Origin: the human T2T-CHM13v2.0 reference genome, Homo sapiens
Direction: 5' to 3' (one strand)
DNA length: 64,000 bases
NCBI RefSeq assembly: GCF_009914755.1
Contig: NC_060948.1
A program made the position numbers and the translations under genes. Of this stretch, positions 40,826 through 55,800 are shown one piece after another; the stretch's first letter is position 1; every line of letters starts with the position of its first letter. Below the pieces are notes generated by a model, which saw nothing but the letters and a program-made list of their open reading frames with translations, searched no databases and was not told where the DNA came from.

Positions 40826-43800
40826 CAATGGAATGGAATCGAATGGAATGGAAGTGAATAGAATCGAACTAAATCGAATGGAATGGAATTGATAGGAACG
40901 GAATGGAAAGGAATGCAATGATTTGGCATGGAATGGAATCGAATGGCATCGAATGGAATGGAATGGAATGCAATGGAATGGAATGTATTAGAATGTAATG
41001 AACATTAATGGAATGTACTCGAATGGATTCGACTGGAATGGAATGTTCTGGAAGTGAATGGACTCCAATGGAATGGATTCGAAAGGAATGGAATCGAACG
41101 GAATGGAATCTAATGGAATGGAATTAAATGGAAATGAATCAAATTGAATAGCACGGAATTGAATTGAATGGAATGGAATGCAATGGAATCTAATGAAACG
41201 GAAAGGAAAGGAATGGAATGGAATGGAATGGGCTGGAATGGAAAGGAATCGAAACGAATGGAATGGAATCGAACTGAAGAGACTGGAATCGAATGCACTG
41301 GAATCGAAGGGAGTGTAATGGAAGGTTCTCGAAAATAATGGAAGCAAATGGAATGGAATTGAATGGAACGGAATAGAGTCGAATGGAATTGAATGGAATG
41401 GAATGGACTAGAGTGAAATGGAATCGAACCACAAGGAATGGACAGGAATAGAATGGTCTCGAATTGAATGGAATCGTATGGAATGGCATCAATCGGAATG
41501 GAATGGACAGCCACGGAATGGAATGCACTCGAATGCAATGGAGTCGAAACTTATGGACTGGAATAGAATGGACTCGACTGGTACGGACTCCAATAGAATG
41601 GAATCGAATGGAAGGGATTCGAACGGAATGGACTCGAAGGGAAAAGACTGCAATGGAAAGGTCTCGAATGGAATGGAAATTAATGGAATGGAATGGAATC
41701 GAATGAAATGGAGTCAAAAGGAATGGAATCGAATGGCAAGAAATCGAATGTAATGGAATCGCAAGGAATTGATGTGAACGGAACGGAATGGAATGGAATC
41801 CAAAGGAATGGAATAGAATGGAATGGAATCGAATGGAAAGGACTCGAATGGAAATCACTCGAATAGAATGAAATTTAATAAAATAGGATCAAATGTAATT
41901 GAATGGAATGGAAAGGAATCGAAACGAAAGGAATGGAGACAGATGGAATGGAATGGAACAGAGAGCAATGGTATAGAATGGAATGGAATCATCTGGAATG
42001 GAATTGAATGGAATGGAATAATATGAAATGTAATGGAATGGAATGGAATGGAATGCCCTTGAATTAAATGGACTGGAATGGAATGGACTCGAACAGAGTG
42101 GAATGGAAAGTGTTGAGATAGAATGGAATGGACTCCTTTGGAATGGTCTAGTATGCAATGCAATCGACTGGCCGGGAATCAAAAGGAATGTAATCGAATG
42201 GATTAGACTGGAATGCAATGGACTCGAATAGATTGGAAACGGAATGCAAAGGAATGGAATGGAATAGTATGGAATGGAATGGAAAGGAATGGAGTGGAAT
42301 AGACTAGAGTGGAATGGAATGGACTGGAAAGCAATGGACTGGAATGGAACTTTCTTGAATGGACTGGAATCAAACGGAATGGAATGCAATGCAATCAAAT
42401 GGCATGGAATAAAATAGAATGAAAGAGAATCAAATGGAATTGAATCGAATGGAATCGAATGGATTGGAAAGGAATAGAATGGAATGGAATGGAATTGACT
42501 CAAATGGAATGGACTAGAATGGAATGGATTCGAATGGAAGGCAAAGGAATGGAATCTATTGGAATGGACTGTAATGGAATGGAATGGAAGGGATTGGAAT
42601 GGACTCGAATGGAATGGACTGCAATAGAAAGGATTCGAATGGAATGAAAAAGAATTGAATGGAATAGAACAGAATGGAATCAAATCGAATGAAATGGAAT
42701 GGAATAGAAAGGAATGGAATGAAATGGAATGGAAAGGATTCGAATGGAATGCAATCGAATGGAATGGAATCGAACGGAATGGAATAAAATGGAAGAAAAC
42801 TGGCAAGAAATGGAATCGAAATGAATGGAGTGTTATGGAACGGACTCAAAAGGAATTGAATGTAATAGAATGGAGTGGAGTGGACTCGAATATAATGGAC
42901 TGGAATGGAATGAAATCACATGGAATGGGAACGAATGGAATGGAATGGAAAGGAATGGAATCGAATGGAAAGGAATCGAATGGAAGGGAATGAAATTGAA
43001 TCAACAGGAATGGAAGGGAATAGAATAGACGGTAATGGAATGGACTCGAATAGAATGGACACGAATGCTCAAATTGAATGGACTCGAATGGAATGGAAAC
43101 GAAAGGAATGTCATCGAATGGAATTGAATCGATTGGAATGAAATCGCATAGAATGGAGTGGAATCAAATGGAATTGAATCGAAAGGAAAGGAAGCGAATG
43201 GACTGAAATGAAATGGAATGGAATTGAATGGAAAGTAATGCAATGGAATAGAATGGAACGAAATTTCACGGAATGGAATCAAACTGAATGGAATCAAATC
43301 AATGGAATCAAATCAAATGGAATGGAAAGGAATTGAATGGAGTAGATTGGATTGGATGGGATTGGAATGAAATGTACTGGAAAGGACTCGAATTTCATGA
43401 AACGGAATGGAATGAATTGGAACGGAATGGACTCGAATGGAATGGAATGTCATGGAATGGCATCAAATGGAATGGCATCAAATGGAATGGAATCGAATGC
43501 AATGGAATGCTATGGAATGGAATGGAATGCATTGGAATGGAATGTCCTCTAATGGAATGGATTCGAGTGGAATGGAATCGAATATAATGGAGTCGAATGA
43601 AATGGAATTGAAAGGAATGGGATCGAATACAATGGAATATACTGGAATGTAATGTAATGAACTCGAATGTAATTGACTGGAATGGAATGTACATGAATGG
43701 AATGTAATCGAATGGAAAGTAATCCAATGGAATAGAATCTAATGCAATAAAATCGACTCAGATAGAGTAGAATGTAATGGAATGGAGTGCAGTGCAATGG

Positions 43801-46800
43801 AATGGAATGGAATGGAATGCAATGGAATGGAAAGGAATGGAATGGAATGGAATGGAATGGGATGGAATGGTATGGAATGGATAGTAATGGACTGGAATGA
43901 AATGGACTGGAAAAGAATGGACTCAAATTGAAAGGGCTCGAAAGGAATGGAGTCAAATGGAATGGTCTGGAATGGAATGAACACGAATGTAATGCAATCC
44001 AATAGAATGGAATCGAATGGCATGGAATATAAAGAAATGGAATCGAAGAGAATGGAAACAAATGGAATGGAATTGAATGGAATGGAATTGAATGGAATGG
44101 GAACGAATGGAGTGAAATTGTATGCAGTAGAAGAGAATAGACTGGAATGCAAGCGAAAGGAAAGGAATGGATTGCAATGGAATGGAATTCATTGGAATGG
44201 AAGGGAATGTAGTGTAATGGACAGGCCTGGAATAAAGTGGAATGCTACGGTCTCGAATGGAATAAAAATGTATGGAATGGAATGCAATGAAACGGAATCG
44301 AATGTCATAGAATGTAATGGAATGCAAAAAAATGGAATCCAAAATCATTGACTGGAAAGGCTGGGTGTCGAAAGGAATTGACTCCAATGGAATGGAATCG
44401 AATGGAATGGAAGTGAATAGAATCGAAATAAATCGAATGGAATGGAATTGATAGGAACGGAATGGAAAGGAATGCAATGATTTGGCATGGAATGGAATCG
44501 AATGGCATCGAATGGAATGGAATGGAATGCAATGGAATGGAATGTATTAGAATGTAATGAACATTAATGGAATGTACTCGAATGGATTCGACTGGAATGG
44601 AATGTTCTGGAAGTGAATGGACTCCAATGGAATGGATTCGAAAGGAATGGAATCGAACGGAATGGAATCTAATGGAATGGAATTAAATGGAAATGAATCA
44701 AATTGAATAGCACGGAATTGAATTGAATGGAATGGAATGCAATGGAATCTAATGAAACGGAAAGGAAAGGAATGGAATGGAATGGAATGGGCTGGAATGG
44801 AAAGGAATCGAAACGAATGGAATGGAATCGAACTGAAGAGACTGGAATGGAATGCACTGGAATGGAAGGGAGTGTAATGGAAGGTTCTCGAAAATAATGG
44901 AAGCAAATGGAATGGAATTGAATGGAACGGAATAGAGTCGAATGGAATTGAATGGAATGGAATGGACTAGAGTGAAATGGAATCGAACCACAAGGAATGG
45001 ACAGGAATAGAATGGTCTCGAATTGAATGGAATCGTATGGAATGGCATCAAACGGAATGGAATGGACAGCCACGGAATGGAATGCACTCGAATGCAATGG
45101 AGTCGAAACTTATGGACTGGAATAGAATGGACTCGACTGGTACGGACTCCAATGGAATGGAATCGAATGGAAGGGATTCGAACGGAATGGACTCGAAGGG
45201 AAAAGACTGCAATGGAAAGGTCTCGAATGGAATGGAAATTAATGGAATGGAATGGAATCGAATGAAATGGAGTCAAAAGGAATGGAATCGAATGGCAAGA
45301 AATCGAATGTAATGGAATCGCAAGTAATTGCTGTGAACGGAACGGAATGGAATGGAATCCAAAGGAATGGAATAGAATGGAATGGAATCGAATGGAAAGG
45401 ACTCGAATGGAAATCACTCGAATGGAATGAAATTTAATAAAATAGGATCAAATGTAATTGAATGGAATGGAAAGGAATCGAAACGAAAGGAATGGAGACA
45501 GATGGAATGGAATGGAACAGAGAGCAATGGTATAGAATGGAATGGAATCATCTGGAATGGAATTGAATGGAATGGAATAATATGAAATGGAATGGAATGG
45601 AATGGAATGGAATGCCCTTGAATTAAATGGACTGGAATGGAATGGACTCGAACAGAGTGGAATGGAAAGTGTTGAGATAGAATGGAATGGACTCTTTTGG
45701 AATGGTCTAGTATGCAATGCAATCGACTGGCAGGGAATCAAAAGGAATGTAATCGAATGGATTGGACTGGAATGCAATGGACTCGAATAGATTGGAAACG
45801 GAATGCAAAGAATGGAATGGAATAGTATGGAATGGAATGGAAAGGAATGGAGTGGAATAGACTAGAGTGGAATGGAATGGACTGGAAAGCAATGGACTGG
45901 AATGGAACTTTCTTGAATGGACTGGAATCAAACGGAATGGAATGCAATGCAATCAAATGGCATGGAATAAAATAGAATGAAAGAGAATCAAATGGAATTG
46001 AATCGAATGGAATCGAATGGATTGGAAAGGAATAGAATGGAATGGAATGGAATTGACTCAAATGGAATGGACTAGAATGGAATGGATTCGAATGGAAGGC
46101 AAAGGAATGGAATCTATTGGAATGGACAGTAATGGAATGGAATGGAAGGGATTGGAATGGACTCGAATGGAATGGACTGCAATAGAAAGGATTCGAATGG
46201 AATGAAAAAGAATTGAATGGAATAGAACAGAATGGAATCAAATCGAATGAAATGGAATGGAATAGAAAGGAATGGAATGAAATGGAATGGAAAGGATTCG
46301 AATGGAATGCAATCGAATGGAATGGAATCGAACGGAATGGAATAAAATGGAAGAAAACTGGCAAGAAATGGAATCGAAATGAATGGAGTGTTATGGAACG
46401 GACTCAAAAGGAATTGAATGTAATAGAATGGAGTGGAGTGGACTCGAATATAATGAACTGGAATGGAATGAAATCACATGGAATGGGAACGAATGGAATG
46501 GAATGGAAAGGAATGGAATCGAATGGAAAGGAATCGAATGGAAGGGAATGAAATTGAATCAACAGGAATGGAAGGGAATAGAATAGACGGTAATGGAATG
46601 GACTCGAATAGAATGGACACGAATGCTGAAATTGAATGGACTCGAATGGAATGGAAACAAAAGGAATGTCATCGAATGGAATTGAATCGATTGGAATGAA
46701 ATCGCATAGAATGGAGTGGAATCAAATGGAATTGAATCGAAAGGAAAGGAAGCGAATGGACTGAAATGAAATGGAATGGAATTGAATGGAAAGTAATGCA

Positions 46801-49800
46801 ATGGAATAGAATGGAACGAAATTTCACGGAATGGAATCAAACTGAATGGAATCAAATCAATGGAATCAAATCAAATGGAATGGAAAGGAATTGAATGGAG
46901 TAGATTGGATTGGATGGGATTGGAATGAAATGTACTGGAAAGGACTCGAATTTCATGAAACGGAATGGAATGAATTGGAACGGAATGGACTCGAATGGAA
47001 TGGAATGTCATGGAATGGCATCAAATGGAATGGAATCGAATGCAATGGAATGCTATGGAATGGAATGGAATGCATTGGAATGGAATGTCCTCTAATGGAA
47101 TGGATTCGAGTGGAATGGAATCGAATATAATGGAGTCGAATGAAATGGAATTGAAAGGAATGGGATTGAATACAATGGAATATACTGGAATGTAATGTAA
47201 TGAACTCGAATGTAATTGACTGGAATGGAATGTACATGAATGGAATGTAATCGAATGGAAAGTAATCCAACGGAATAGAATCTAATGCAATAAAATCGAC
47301 TCAGATAGAGTAGAATGTAATGGAATGGAGTGCAGTGCAATGGAATGGAATGGAATTGAATGCAATGGAATGGAATGGAATGGAATGGGATGGAATGGTA
47401 TGGAATGGATAGTAATGGACTGGAATGAAATGGACTGGAAAAGAATGGACTCAAATTGAAAGGGCTCGAAAGGAATGGAGTCAAATGGAATGGTCTGGAA
47501 TGGAATGAACACGAATGTAATGCAATCCAATAGAATGGAATCGAATGGCATGGAATATAAAGAAATGGAATCAAAGAGAATGGAAACAAATGGAATGGAA
47601 TTGAATGGAATGGAATTGAATGGAATGGGAACGAATGGAGTGAAATTGTATGCAGTAGAAGAGAATAGAATGGAATGCAAGCGAAAGGAAAGGAATGGAT
47701 TGCAATGGAATGGAATTCATTGGAATGGAAGGGAATGTAGTGTAATGGACAGGCCTGGAATAAAGTGGAATGCTACGGTCTCGAATGGAATAAAAATGTA
47801 TGGAATGTAATGCAATGAAATGGAATCGAATGTCATAGAATGTAATGGAATGCAACAAAATGGAATCCAATATCATTGACTGGAAAGGCTGGGTGTCGAA
47901 AGGAATTGACTCCAATGGAATGGAATCGAATGGAATGGAAGTGAATAGAATCGAACTAAATCGAATGGAATGGAATTGATAGGAACGGAATGGAAAGGAA
48001 TGCAATGATTTGGCATGGAATGGAATCGAATGGCATCGAATGGAATGGAATGGAATGCAATGGAATGGAATGTATTAGAATGTAATGAACTTTAATGGAA
48101 TGTACTCGAATGGATTCGACTGGAATGGAATGTTCTGGAAGTGAATGGACTCCAATGGAATGGATTCAAAAGGAATGGAATCGTACGGAATGGAATCTAA
48201 TGGAATGGAATTAAATGGAAATGAATCAAATTGAATAGCACGGAATTGAATTGAATGGAATGGAATGCAATGGAATCTAATGAAACGGAAAGGAAAGGAA
48301 TGGAATGGAATGGAATGGGCTGGAATGGAAAGGAATCGAAACGAATGGAATGGAATCGAACTGAAGAGACTGGAATGGAATGCACTGGAATGGAAGGGAG
48401 TGTAATGGAAGGTTCTCGAAAAAAATGGAATCGAATGGAATGGAATTGAATGGAACGGAATAGAGTCGAATGGAATTGAATGGAATGGAATGGACTAGAG
48501 TGAAATGGAATCGAACCACAAGGAATGGAGAGGAATAGAATGGTCTCGAATTGAATGGAATCGTATGGAATGGCATCAAACGGAATGGAATGGACAGCCA
48601 CGGAATGGAATGCACTCGAATGCAATGGAGTCGAAACTAATGGACTGGAATAGAATGGACTCGACTGGTACGGACTCCAATGGAATGGAATCGAATGGAA
48701 GGGAATCGAACGGAATGGACTCGAAGGGAAAAGACTGCAATGGAAAGGTCTCGAATGGAATGGAAATTAATGGAATGGAATGGAATCGAATGAAATGGAG
48801 TCAAAAGGAATGGAATCGAATGGCAAGAAATCGAATGTAATGGAATCGCAAGGAATTGATGTGAACGGAACGGAATGGAATGGAATCCAAAGGAATGGAA
48901 TAGAATGGAATGGAATCGAATGGAAAGGACTCGAATGGAAATCACTCGAATAGAATGCAATTTAATAAAATAGGATCAAATGTAATGGAATGGAATGGAA
49001 AGGAATCGAAACGAAAGGAATGGAGACAGATGGATTGGAATAGAACAGAGAGCAATGGTATAGAATGGAATGGAATCATCTGGAATGGAATTGAATGGAA
49101 TGGAATAATATGAAATGGAATGGAATGGAATGGAATGGAATGCCCTTGAATTAAATGGACTGGAATGGAATGGACTCGAACAGAGTGGAATGGAAAGTGT
49201 TGAGATAGAATGGAATGGACTCCTTTGGAATGGTGTAGTATGCAATGCAATCGACTGGCAGGGAATCAAAAGGAATGTAATCGAATGGATTGGACTGGAA
49301 TGCAATGGACTCGAATAGATTGCAAACGGGATGCAAAGGAATGGAATGGAATAGTATGGAATGGAATGGAAAGGAATGGAGTGGAATAGACTAGAGTGGA
49401 ATGGAATGGACTGGAAAGCAATGGACTGGAATGGAACTTTCTTGAATGGACTGGAATCAAACGGAATGGAATGCAATGCAATCAAATGGCATGGAATAAA
49501 ATAGAATGAAAGAGAATCAAATGGAATTGAATCGAATGGAATCGAATGGATTGGAAAGGAATAGAATGGAATGGAATGGAATGGACTCAAATGGAATGGA
49601 CTAGAATGGAATGGATTCGAATGGAAGGCAAAGGAATGGAATCTATTGGAATGGACTGTAATGGAATGGAATGGAAGGGATTGGAATGGACTCAAATAGA
49701 ATGGACTGCAATAGAAAGGATTCGAATGGAATGAAAAAGAATTGAATGGAATAGAACAGAATGGAATCAAATCGAATGAAATGGAATGGAATAGAAAGGA

Positions 49801-52800
49801 ATGGAATGAAATGGAATGGAAAGGATTCGAATGGAATGCAATCGAATGGAATGGAATCGAACGGAATGGAATAAAATGGAAGAAAACTGGCAAGAAATGG
49901 AATCGAAATGAATGGAGTGTTATGGAACGGACTCAAAAGGAATTGAATGTAATAGAATGGAGTGGAGTGGACTCGAATATAATGGACTGGAATGGAATGA
50001 AATCACATGGAATGGGAACGAATGGAATGGAATGGAAAGGAATGGAATCGAATGGAAAGGAATCGAACGGAAGGGAATGAAATTGAATCAACAGGAATGG
50101 AAGGGAATAGAATAGACGGTAATGGAATGGACTCGAATAGAATGGACACGAATGCTCAAATTGAATGGACTCGAATGGAATGGAAACGAAAGGAATGTCA
50201 TCGAATGGAATTGAATCGATTGGAATGAAATCGCATAGAATGGAGTGGAATCAAATGGAATTGAATCGAAAGGAAAGGAAGCGAATGGACTGAAATGAAA
50301 TGGAATGGAATTGAATGGAAAGTAATGCAATGGAATAGAATGGAACGAAATTTCACGGAATGGAATCAAACTGAATGGAATCAAATCAATGGAATCAAAT
50401 CAAATGGAATGGAAAGGAATTGAATGGAGTAGATTGGATTGGATGGGATTGGAATGAAATGTACTGGAAAGGACTCGAATTTCATGAAACGGAATGGAAT
50501 GAATTGGAACGGAATGGACTCGAATGGAATGGAATGTCATGGAATGGCATCAAATGGAATGGCATCAAATGGAATGGAATCGAATGCAATGGAATGCTAT
50601 GGAATGGAATGGAATGCATTGGAATGGAATGTCCTCTAATGGAATGGATTCGAGTGGAATGGAATCGAATATAATGGAGTCGAACGAAATGGAATTGAAA
50701 GGAATGGGATCGAATACAATGGAATATACTGGAATGTAATGTAATGAACTCGAATGTAATTGACTGGAATGGAAGGTATATGAATGGAATGTAATCGAAT
50801 GGAAAGTAATCCAATGGAATAGAATCTAATGCAATAAAATCGACTCAGATAGAGTAGCATGTAATGGAATGGAGTGCAGTGCAATGGAATGGAATGGAAT
50901 GGAATGCAATGGAATGGAATGGAATGGAATGGAATGGAATGGAATGGAATGGAATGGGATGGGATGGAATGGTATGGAATGGATAGTAATGGACTGGAGT
51001 GAAATGGACTGGAAAGGAATGGACTCAAATTGAAAGGGCTCGAAAGGAATGGAGTCAAATGGAATGGTCTGGAATGGAATGAACACGAATGTAATGCAAT
51101 CCAATAGAATGGAATCGAATGGCATGGAATATAAAGAAATGGAATCGGAGAGAATGGAAACAAATGGAATGGAATTGAATGGAATGGAATTGAATGGAAT
51201 GGGAACGAATGGAGTGAAATTGTATGCAGTAGAAGGGAATAGAATGGAATGCAAGCAAAAGGAAAGGAATGGATTGGAATGGAATGGAATTCATTGGAAT
51301 GGAAGGGAATGTAGTGTAATGGACAGGCCTGGAATAAAGTGCAATGCTACGGTCTCGAATGGAATAAAAATGTATGGAATGGAATGCAATGAAATGGAAT
51401 CGAATGTCATAGAATGTAATGGAATGCAACAAAATGGAATCCAATATCATTGACTGGAAAGGCTGGGTGTCGAAAGGAATTGACTCCAATGGAATGGAAT
51501 CGAATGGAATGGAAGTGAATAGAATCGAACTAAATTGAATGGAATGGAATTGATAGGAACGGAATGGAAAGGAATGCAATGATTTGGCATGGAATGGAAT
51601 CGAATGGCATCGAATGGAATGGAATGGAATGCAATGGAATGGAATGTATTAGAATGGAATGAACTTTAATGGAATGTACTCGAATGGATTCGACTGGAAT
51701 GGAATGTTCTGGAAGTGAATGGACTCCAATGGAATGGATTCAAAAGGAATGGAATCGTACGGAATGGAATCTAATGGAATGGAATTAAATGGAAATGAAT
51801 CAAATTGAATAGCACGGAATTGAATTGAATGGAATGGAATGCAATGGAATCTAATGAAACGGAAAGGAAAGGAATGGAATGGAATGGAATGGGCTGGAAT
51901 GGAAAGGAATCGAAACGAATGGAATGGAATCGAACTGAAGAGACTGGAATGGAATGCACTGGAATGGAAGGGAGTGTAATGGAAGGTTCTCGAAAAAAAT
52001 GGAATCGAATGGAATGGAATTGAATGGAACGGAATAGAGTCGAATGGAATTGAATGGAATGGAATGGACTAGAGTGAAATGGAATCGAACCACAAGGAAT
52101 GGACAGGAATAGAATGGTCTCGAATTGAATGGAATCGTATGGAATGGCATCAAACGGAATGGAATGGACAGCCACGGAATGGAATGCACTCGAATGCAAT
52201 GGAGTCGAAACTAATGGACTGGAATAGAATGGACTCGACTGGTACGGACTCCAATGGAATGGAATCGAATGGAAGGGAATCGAACGGAATGGACTCGAAG
52301 GGAAAAGACTGCAATGGAAAGGTCTCGAATGGAATGGAAATTAATGGAATGGAATGGAATCGAATGAAATGGAGTCAAAAGGAATGGAATCGAATGGCAA
52401 GAAATCGAATGTAATGGAATCGCAAGGAATTGATGTGAACGGAACGGAATGGAATGGAATCCAAAGGAATGGAATAGAATGGAATGGAATCGAATGGAAA
52501 GGACTCGAATGGCAATCACTCGAATAGAATGCAATTTAATAAAATAGGATCAAATGTAATGGAATGGAATGGAAAGGAATCGAAACGAAAGGAATGGAGA
52601 CAGATGGAATGGAATGGAACAGAGAGCAATGGTATAGAATGGAATGGAATCATCTGGAATGGAATTGAATGGAATGGAATAATATGAAATGGAATGGAAT
52701 GGAATGGAATGGAATGCCCTTGAATTAAATGGACTGGAATGGAATGGACTCGAACAGAGTGGAATGGAAAGTGTTGAGATAGAATGGAATGGACTCCTTT

Positions 52801-55800
52801 GGAATGGTCTAGTATGCAATGCAATCGACTGGCAGGGAATCAAAAGGAATGTAATCGAATGGATTGGACTGGAATGCAATGGACTCGAATAGATTGGAAA
52901 CGGGATGCAAAGGAATGGAATGGAATAGTATGGAATGGAATGGAAAGGAATGGAGTGGAATAGACTAGAGTGGAATGGAATGGACTGGAAAGCAATGGAC
53001 TGGAATGGAACTTTCTTGAATGGACTGGAATCAAACGGAATGGGATGCAATGCAATCAAATGGCATGGAATAAAATAGAATGAAAGAGAATCAAATGGAA
53101 TTGAATCGAATGGAATCGAATGGATTGGAAAGGAATAGAATGGAATGGAATGGAATGGACTCAAATGGAATGGACTAGAATGGAATGGATTCGAATGGAA
53201 GGCAAAGGAATGGAATCTATTGGAATGGACTGTAATGGAATGGAATGGAAGGGATTGGAATGGACTCAAATAGAATGGACTGCAATAGAAAGGATTCGAA
53301 TGGAATGAAAAAGAATTGAATGGAATAGAACAGAAGGGAATCAAATCGAATGAAATGGAATGGAATAGAAAGGAATGGAATGAAATGGAATGGAAAGGAT
53401 TCGAATGGAATGCAATCGAATGGAATGGAATCGAACGGAATGGAATAAAATGGAAGAAAACTGGCAAGAAATGGAATCGAAATGAATGGAGTGTTATGGA
53501 ACGGACTCAAAAGGAATTGAATGTAATAGAATGGAGTGGAGTGGACTCGAATATAATGGACTGGAATGGAATGAAATCACATGGAATGGGAACGAATGGA
53601 ATGGAATGGAAAGGAATGGAATCGAATGGAAAGGAATCGAATGGAAGGGAATGAAATTGAATCAACAGGAATGGAAGGGAATAGAATAGACGGTAATGGA
53701 ATGGAATCGAATAGAATGGACACGAATGCTCAAATTGAATGGACTCGAATGGAATGGAAACGAAAGGAATGTCATCGAATGGAATTGAATCGATTGCAAT
53801 GAAATCGCATAGAATGGAGTGGAATCAAATGGAATTGAATCGAAAGGAAAGGAAGCGAATGGACTGAAATGAAATGGAATGGAATTGAATGGAAAGTAAT
53901 GCAATGGAATAGAATGGAACGAAATTTCACGGAATGGAATCAAACTGAATGGAATCAAATCAATGGAATCTAATCAAATGGAATGGAAAGGAATTGAATG
54001 GAGTAGATTGGATTGGATGGGATTGGAATGAAATGTACTGGAAAGGACTCGAATTTCATGAAACGGAATGGAATGAATTGGAACGGAATGGACTCGAATG
54101 GAATGGAATGTCATGGAATGGCATCAAATGGAATGGCATCAAATGGAATGGAATCGAATGCAATGGAATGCTATGGAATGGAATGGAATGCATTGGAATG
54201 GAATGTCCTCTAATGGAATGGATTCGAGTGGAATGGAATCGAATATAATGGAGTCGAATGAAATGGAATTGAAAGGAATGGGATCGAATACAATGGAATA
54301 TACTGGAATGTAATGTAATGAACTCGAATGTAATTGACTGGAATGGAATGTACATGAATGGAAGGTAATCGAATGGAAAGTAATCCAATGGAATAGAATC
54401 TAATGCAATAAAACCGACTCAGATAGAGTAGAATGTAATGGAATGGAGTGCAGTGCAATGGAATGGAATGGAATTGAATGCAATGGAATGGAATGGAATG
54501 GAATGGAATGGAATGGAATGGAATGGAAAGGAATGGGATGGAATGGTATGGAATGGATAGTAATGGACTGGAGTGAAATGGACTGGAAAGGAATGGACTC
54601 AAATTGAAAGGGCTCGAAAGGAATGGAGTCAAATGGAATGGTCTGGAATGGAATGAACACGAATGTAATGCAATCCAATAGAATGGAATCGAATGGCATG
54701 GAATATAAAGAAATGGATTCGAAGAGAATGGAAACAAATGGAATGGAATTGAATGGAATGGAATTGAATGGAATGGGAACGAATGGAGTGAAATTGTATG
54801 CAGTAGAAGGGAATAGAAAGGAATGCAAGCGAAAGGAAAGGAATGGATTGTAATGGAATGGAATTCATTGGAATGGAAGGGAATGTAGTGTAATGGACAG
54901 GCCTGGAATAAAGTGGAATGCTACGGTCTCGAATGGAATAAAAATGTATGGAACGGAATGCAATGAAATGGAATCGAATGTCATAGAATGTAATGGAATG
55001 CAACAAAATGGAATCCAATATCATTGACTGGAAAGGCTGGGTGTCGAAAGGAATTGACTCCAATGGAATGGAATCGAATGGAATGGAAGTGAATAGAATC
55101 GAACTAAATCGAATGGAATGGAATTGATAGGAACGGAATGGAAAGGAATGCAATGATTTGGCATGGAATGGAATCGAATGGCATCGAATGGAATGGAATG
55201 GAATGCAATGGAATGGAATATATTAGAATGTAATGAACTTTAATGGAATGTACTCGAATGGATTCGACTGGAATGGAATGTTCTGGAAGTGAATGGACTC
55301 CAATGGAATGGATTCAAAAGGAATGGAATCGTACGGAATGGAATCTAATGGAATGGAATTAAATGGAAATGAATCAAATTGAATAGCACGGAATTGAATT
55401 GAATGGAATGGAATGCAATGGAATCTAATGAAACGGAAAGGAAAGGAATGGAATGGAATGGAATGGGCTGGAATGGAAAGGAATCGAAACGAATGGAATG
55501 GAATCGAACTGAAGAGACTGGAATGGAATGCACTGGAATGGAAGGGAGTGTAATGGAAGGTTCTCGAAAAAAATGGAATCGAATGGAATGGAATTGAATG
55601 GAACGGAATAGAGTCGAATGGAATTGAATGGAATGGAATGGACTAGAGTGAAATGGAATCGAACCACAAGGAATGGAGAGGAATAGAATGGTCTCGAATT
55701 GAATGGAATCGTATGGAATGGCATCAAACGGAATGGAATGGACAGCCACGGAATGGAATGCACTCGAATGCAATGGAGTCGAAACTAATGGACTGGAATA

